Position numbers and translations under genes: made by a program. A model generated the notes under the pieces. The model was given only the letters and a program-made list of their open reading frames with translations. It was not told the origin of the DNA and made no database searches. Below, piece after piece: positions 59,083 through 64,000 of a stretch of DNA of 64,000 nt (positions are counted from its first letter, which is position 1; every line of letters starts with the position of its first letter). Source of the DNA: Promethearchaeota archaeon Loki_b32. Lineage in GTDB: Archaea; Asgardarchaeota; Lokiarchaeia; Sigyniarchaeales; SOKP01. Location of the stretch: positions 32,001 through 96,000 of the forward strand of contig NJBH01000012.1 of assembly GCA_005223125.1 (NCBI GenBank), read 5' to 3'.

Positions 59083-59895
59083 ATGAGTAAGAATTTGTCG
59101 ACTTCAATTTCTTTTTTTGTTGGACTCGATGTGGGAACTTCATATGTAAAATCAGTACTTATTGATAATAATAAAGAGATTTTAAGCTCATTTGTTAAAC
59201 GTACTGGTACTTCTATAGAGAATTCAAGTAAGACTGCTTTTGAAGAAGTTCTTTCAGGTGCATCATTATCTAGATCTTCTATAAAACATATTACAGCGAC
59301 AGGTTATGGAAAAAGTAAGGTTTCATTTGCTGATAGTAATAAAACTGAAATTAGTTGTCATGCAAAAGGAGCTTATCATTATTTTCCCAAGAAGATTACA
59401 GTTATTGATATTGGAGGGCAAGATACAAAGGTTATTAAGCTTGATGAGAAAGGAAAAATAGTTAGATTCAAAATGAATAGAAAGTGCGCTGCAGGAACAG
59501 GAGCTTTTATTGAAGAGATTGCTTATCGGCTTGATCTCCCTCTAAAAGAATTAAATAACTTAGCAGCAAAATCTACTTTAAATGCACCTCTTGCAAGTTT
59601 TTGCACTGTTTTTGCTAAAACCGAAATTCTTACTCGTATAAAAGATGGTGAAAAAGTAGAGGATATGATAAAAAGTGCCTTTGATTCAGTTATTAGGAGA
59701 ATAATTGAGATGGCTGTCCTAGAAGGTTCAATAGTTCTTACGGGTGGGCTTATAGCTCACAATCGTATCATTGGGGTAATTCTAAAAAAGGAAATAAATG
59801 CGGATATTTTGATTCCACCTCACCCACAATTAATAGGAGCAATAGGAGCAGCGCATTTTGCATTAGAAAGTTATGTTTTAGAAATAAATCAATAA
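59083..59895 (+). CDS. 2-hydroxyacyl-CoA dehydratase activator (HgdC/FldI-type ATPase)
   Basis: GLDVGTS, TGYG, EISCHAKG, DIGGQDTK, MNRKCAAGTG, SFCTVFA. Confidence 0.9.
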   Translation: MSKNLSTSISFFVGLDVGTSYVKSVLIDNNKEILSSFVKRTGTSIENSSKTAFEEVLSGASLSRSSIKHITATGYGKSKVSFADSNKTEISCHAKGAYHYFPKKITVIDIGGQDTKVIKLDEKGKIVRFKMNRKCAAGTGAFIEEIAYRLDLPLKELNNLAAKSTLNAPLASFCTVFAKTEILTRIKDGEKVEDMIKSAFDSVIRRIIEMAVLEGSIVLTGGLIAHNRIIGVILKKEINADILIPPHPQLIGAIGAAHFALESYVLEINQ

Positions 59896-59937
59896 ATTTC
59901 AAAAAAAATATAGAGTTTTATTAGTTTTAAGGAAATT

Positions 59938-60465
59938 CTAGCTTATTACTCTCCCAAGATCTTTTCTAGCTTTTTTGGTTTCTTCATTTGTAATATAGAA
60001 TCCAATAAAATAGGCGATTAAAACAAGACAGAAAAATATTATTGCTGATAAATAAAACCATCGTCCAAATTGCCCCATAACATCCATGATTATCCATTTC
60101 ATTAACCACATAGCTGCCCCGCCACCTACGACAAATATGATATCAAATAAGGCATTAAGGAAGGAATCTTTCCTATTCTCATATTTTAAGCCTAATCTCC
60201 ATAATATCGTATTTTCTATCAATTCCCAAAATATAGCAACAACAAGAACGAAAATCGATACATAATACCATGGCATAGCTGCCGGGCCAATTAAAAGTTC
60301 CCAAATAGTTATAATTAATGAGAAAATAGCAAAAGCCGCAATTCCAAAGGCAATATGGCCCCAACTATAATAATCCCAAGGTGAGCGCCCTACATAGTCT
60401 TCAAGAAGTCCGATAAACGGTACATAATGTTTTTTTTCAGAATCTTCACTCGACATATTAAACAC
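59938..60465 (-). CDS. Hypothetical membrane protein
   Basis: About 4 TM segments; DYYSWGH and FWELIEN motifs. Confidence 0.65.
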   Translation of the reverse strand: MFNMSSEDSEKKHYVPFIGLLEDYVGRSPWDYYSWGHIAFGIAAFAIFSLIITIWELLIGPAAMPWYYVSIFVLVVAIFWELIENTILWRLGLKYENRKDSFLNALFDIIFVVGGGAAMWLMKWIIMDVMGQFGRWFYLSAIIFFCLVLIAYFIGFYITNEETKKARKDLGRVIS

Positions 60466-60711
60466 AATTTTACTTTTTTAAAAAGATTTCTAACGTCTTA
60501 ATAATATAACAACAGTACATTTAATTAATAAATTTAAGTGATATTATTAGGGGTTAATTTTTTTACATTTTATTAAAGATTTGATGTGTGAAATTTACTT
60601 ATCAAGTCAACTAATTTTTAAAATTTGATTAAATATGTGGAAAATTATACCAGATGATTTAAATATACAATTTACTAATTATTAGCTTACAGATCATTTT
60701 TTTGATCATTT

Positions 60712-60727
60712 AAAAAAAAAAAAAAAA
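60712..60727 (+). repeat. A16 homopolymer 11 nt upstream of surface protein start
   Basis: 16 consecutive A residues. Confidence 0.9.
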
Positions 60728-60738
60728 CAGGAAGAAAC

Positions 60739-63700
60739 ATGAAATCAAAAAACAAAAAATTTATTGTTATTTTAACTATTTCGACATTTTTCTTGTTAAA
60801 TGCTTTAGCCTTAATTAATGGGCTAGCTAAGACTATAGACGGTAAAGATGCAACCTTTAATCTTGATAAAGAAGATCCTTTAGGTCCTGAAGGTTATGGC
60901 GCAATAATTCCATCTCCTAATACAATGGGTAGAATATCAATTGATGGATCAAATCAAGGGAAGTTCACACTAATGGATTGGTTAGGAGGATCAACTGGTT
61001 ATGAAGAAATAGTAAGCTACTCAGGTGAAGATATTTCTCTTTACTATCCCACATATTTAGATGATTATATCTCTGATAGTTATACAAAAACCGATATTAA
61101 TCCATGGTTAGATATTAGTTGGTTAAATATATCTGCATATAATGCTGAGGCTGAAACTTTATCTCCTTTCACTTTAAATTCTGTGTTTGATTACTACGTT
61201 TTAGGAGAGGGAGGTTCTTTAAATGCCCCTGCCAATAATGAACATCCATTACAAATCGATGTTATTGTTAAAAGTGGAGGTCCTAAAGTGCTTCAATTTG
61301 ATTGGTTAATGGCTGATCCTACAGCAGCTTCATACGACTACTATTTAATTTCTCCTTCAGGAATTTATATGGATACTAATTGTTATGAAGAACCAATAGC
61401 ACACACAATAAGTTCTGGAACAGAATTGTTCAACATTTTGATATTTACAGCTTCTGAAATAGGTACATATCGTTTACTTTTTGATGTGGATCACACTGAC
61501 CCTAGTTCTTTATATTTGGAGTTTTTAGATACCCAGATTTCATCGTTACCTACTGGTACGGTAAAATTTGCGGGGAATAGTGATGGAATTTTAAGTATTG
61601 AAGAAGGAAGTTATGCTGATTGGCAATCACAATGGTTTAGAATTAGCGGTAAAAAAGGAGATCTCTTTACTTTAGACTTATTTGAAGATTATGCTACAGG
61701 TGATGAACCTATTATAGATATCTGGACTCCGTGTGGAAATGGCTACCTTCTCGATTCAGGTAAAGTTATGGGAAGCCACGAGATTTATTTTCCTAAAAGC
61801 GGTGCAGCTTACATATCTTTTACAGATATAATTTTTGGTGATTGGTATAGATATTCATTATTCTTGAGCAAAATAGAGACTGTCCAGTATACACTTGGAG
61901 AGAACCTAACCACCTTCATGCTTTCAAATGAAGAAAGAAAGGCTATAGAATTTTCACTCCGAGAAGATTCAATTGTTCGATTTAATTATACAAGTCTAGC
62001 TCCTGAATTTCCAGAGATTTATGCATTTACTGCCGCTAAACGTTTTATTTATCGTGATTCAAGCGAGTTTGAATGTTTTGATATTAATATGAGACTCATG
62101 GAAAGAACCTTCGGGTCGACTACTTTCTATTACCATTACATGCCCGCAGGAACCTATAGAGCTATAATAAAAAATACAGTTGCAGGTGTGGACGGAGTTT
62201 TCCAAATTACCTCTAAGGTATATGATTGGGCAGATGAATCAGTTCCCGTAAATAATTTATCTTCTCCATACTTATATCCTTCTGAATTAATCACTCTTGA
62301 GTTTGGGGCTGATGATTATTTTCCAAGTATCAAAGATCCTATTGGTATTGATATACAACTCCCTGAAATCGGTCAATTCATATTAAATACGACAATTTGG
62401 GCTTCAGATAACCCTGAGACTGCTACAGGCTTTCCTTCATATCTATATATGTATAACTCAACAGGTCCAGCAGATTATTATAGTTTTGGTTACCCACAAC
62501 CTGTATTTTCACTTGACGGTGATTCTACAGTAGGAGATTTCTTATACATCGGATCCCCAACAAGATGGGCAGGGATGGCATTTGATTTTTCAGTCCTTGG
62601 AGCTAGTGGAACAATGGAACCGTATGTTTACAACGGTGGATGGCAGTTAATATCGGAAGATAGCGATGGTACTAGTGAGCTCACTGCGGATGGTACAATA
62701 GAATTTGATATAACCGATTCCGACTTTACGGGATGGGATCTAGGAACTGGAGGTCTTATTATAGATCCTGCCATTACTGAGGCTGATTATTATTGGATGA
62801 GATTAGAATGTACCGGAGATTACAGTGTTGGAACTGTACCTATTATACAACAATTAACACTACTAAATAATACAATCGAAGGAAATGTATTCTTCAGACT
62901 CCTTGGAGAGACTGGTTATGAGTACGCTGATTATTTGGGCACTGGAGGTATTACCCAACCAAGTACTGAAACAGGGTTAGAAGTAAATTTAGATGATGAT
63001 TTAGGTAGTTCATTTAATTGGGAAGACAGAGATAGTTATATTGTTAGAGGTTCATATCCTTTAATTATTGGAATGGAAGAACGAACATACAAATTAATTA
63101 TCCTTCCAGAATCATGGGATTATGAAGGAACAGTCAGGATTCAATTCGCAATCGAAGATTATTGGGGGTATCACCATCAAGAAACTTACGATATTCCTAC
63201 AATATCCCCTACTCCAAGTCTTCATGCAATCGATATAACAAACTACACTCTTAGTGGCTATTCTAATTTAACTGGGCCATACAATAATTACGGATTAACG
63301 ACACAATACGACCATACTGAAACAACTCTAGGATTTGCTGGCGATGTGAGTTATTTTGCTCTACATTGTCATGGAAATGCTTATCAGTGGACACAATTAA
63401 TCGTGACTATGCAAGGTGTAAGTAATTATGAACTCTATTTAATACAAGATCTTCCATGGATTACTAACGGTGGTCCAAATATGGAAGTAGCAACTATTGA
63501 TACAAATGTTGGTGTCAATAGAACTTTTGAATTTGGTGTCTTTAATGAAGATTTTATTTTGTTATTTCAAGTCGAGGATGTTGCTGTAGATATCAAGTTT
63601 TATATTTCATTAAGCCAGTATGATACCGAAACACTTTTAACACTCGATAAAAAAGCATCTTATACACCACCAATAGATATAATTTTAGTTTTAGCAATTG

Positions 63701-63786
63701 TTATACCTGCTGCTGTCGGAGGAGCTATCGTTGTAGTATATGTCTTGAAGAAGAAAGGTAAAATTTTAACAAAACGTCCATCGTAA
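60739..63786 (+). CDS. Large secreted, C-terminally anchored cell-surface protein
   Basis: Lys-rich N-terminus plus hydrophobic signal, acidic beta-rich repeats, C-terminal TM helix followed by KKKGK tail. Confidence 0.8.
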   Translation: MKSKNKKFIVILTISTFFLLNALALINGLAKTIDGKDATFNLDKEDPLGPEGYGAIIPSPNTMGRISIDGSNQGKFTLMDWLGGSTGYEEIVSYSGEDISLYYPTYLDDYISDSYTKTDINPWLDISWLNISAYNAEAETLSPFTLNSVFDYYVLGEGGSLNAPANNEHPLQIDVIVKSGGPKVLQFDWLMADPTAASYDYYLISPSGIYMDTNCYEEPIAHTISSGTELFNILIFTASEIGTYRLLFDVDHTDPSSLYLEFLDTQISSLPTGTVKFAGNSDGILSIEEGSYADWQSQWFRISGKKGDLFTLDLFEDYATGDEPIIDIWTPCGNGYLLDSGKVMGSHEIYFPKSGAAYISFTDIIFGDWYRYSLFLSKIETVQYTLGENLTTFMLSNEERKAIEFSLREDSIVRFNYTSLAPEFPEIYAFTAAKRFIYRDSSEFECFDINMRLMERTFGSTTFYYHYMPAGTYRAIIKNTVAGVDGVFQITSKVYDWADESVPVNNLSSPYLYPSELITLEFGADDYFPSIKDPIGIDIQLPEIGQFILNTTIWASDNPETATGFPSYLYMYNSTGPADYYSFGYPQPVFSLDGDSTVGDFLYIGSPTRWAGMAFDFSVLGASGTMEPYVYNGGWQLISEDSDGTSELTADGTIEFDITDSDFTGWDLGTGGLIIDPAITEADYYWMRLECTGDYSVGTVPIIQQLTLLNNTIEGNVFFRLLGETGYEYADYLGTGGITQPSTETGLEVNLDDDLGSSFNWEDRDSYIVRGSYPLIIGMEERTYKLIILPESWDYEGTVRIQFAIEDYWGYHHQETYDIPTISPTPSLHAIDITNYTLSGYSNLTGPYNNYGLTTQYDHTETTLGFAGDVSYFALHCHGNAYQWTQLIVTMQGVSNYELYLIQDLPWITNGGPNMEVATIDTNVGVNRTFEFGVFNEDFILLFQVEDVAVDIKFYISLSQYDTETLLTLDKKASYTPPIDIILVLAIVIPAAVGGAIVVVYVLKKKGKILTKRPS

Positions 63787-63805
63787 ATTCGAATAACTAA
63801 TTATC

Positions 63806-63823
63806 TCTTTTTTTTATTTTTTT
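63806..63823 (+). terminator. T-tract archaeal-type terminator
   Basis: CTTTTTTTTATTTTTTT run ~20 nt after the stop of the surface protein gene. Confidence 0.45.
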
Positions 63824-64000
63824 ACTTTCTATTATCTTTAAAATTCCAAAGAATTTTATAATTAATAGGCTATTAGTTTCAAGATTTTCAAATAATCTTA
63901 AAAAAAGGATTGAATTTTTTGTTTTCATTTTATGAATTTATTATACTTACATTAATCCTTGGCATGTTAAAGAACCGCTTGTTGGTAGTCTCAAATTTGA

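Noticed and set aside
22162-60364. Numerous 60-120 aa ORFs nested antisense or out-of-frame within confident genes
   Set aside because: Fully overlapped by well-supported CDSs and lacking motifs; typical shadow ORFs.
1-64000. Selenoprotein (in-frame TGA) genes or SECIS elements
   Set aside because: No redox gene showed a TGA at a conserved Cys position with homology continuing beyond it; a covariance-model search would be needed to exclude SECIS formally.
1-64000. CRISPR array, tRNA/rRNA, IS element or provirus
   Set aside because: No regularly spaced short repeats, GC-rich structured RNA genes, transposase/integrase or capsid motifs were seen; intergenic gaps are short and AT-rich.
63964-64000. 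Possible gene start MLKNRLLVVSNL at the right edge
   Set aside because: Only 12 codons visible; insufficient to call.

Overview
AT-rich, gene-dense archaeal chromosomal segment, most consistent with Asgard archaea (Lokiarchaeia-like). This is an inference from the TFS-like, SAMP/MoaD, DRG GTPase, HEPN/MNT and C-terminally anchored surface-protein genes, short T-tract terminators and GGTGA/GGAGG ribosome-binding sites. No rRNA, tRNA, CRISPR array or transposase was recognised. The left ~21 kb is a mixed housekeeping/accessory region: ABC exporter, RNase III, SCP2, truncated TFS, GDPDs with a deletion scar, hydrolases, two HEPN/MNT pairs around a UbiA gene, and a 76-aa protein that aligns by eye with eukaryotic-type ubiquitin but lacks the C-terminal GG. 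From ~21.3 to ~59.9 kb lies a large anaerobic catabolic region. It holds an ACT/acyl-CoA dehydrogenase/ETF operon and a near-complete Bzd-type benzoyl-CoA pathway (oah-dch-had-bzdNO-[insert]-bzdPQ-bzdM-[uxaC insert]-bzdV). It also holds three tandem M29 aminopeptidases, a CoA ligase-thiolase-2-hydroxyacyl-CoA dehydratase-MaoC-amidohydrolase operon, and an AOR-ferredoxin-PanE-activase operon. Together these suggest, as a hypothesis, a route from peptides through aromatic amino acids to benzoyl-CoA. Elements missing from the ORF track were found: a partial ABC permease, a 51-aa zinc-finger gene, a FadD N-terminal stub, a non-ATG 5' extension of aor, a duplicated ~105-bp promoter module with two palindromes, and an A16 tract before a large surface protein. 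All product calls come from motif recognition by eye; no database searches were run.
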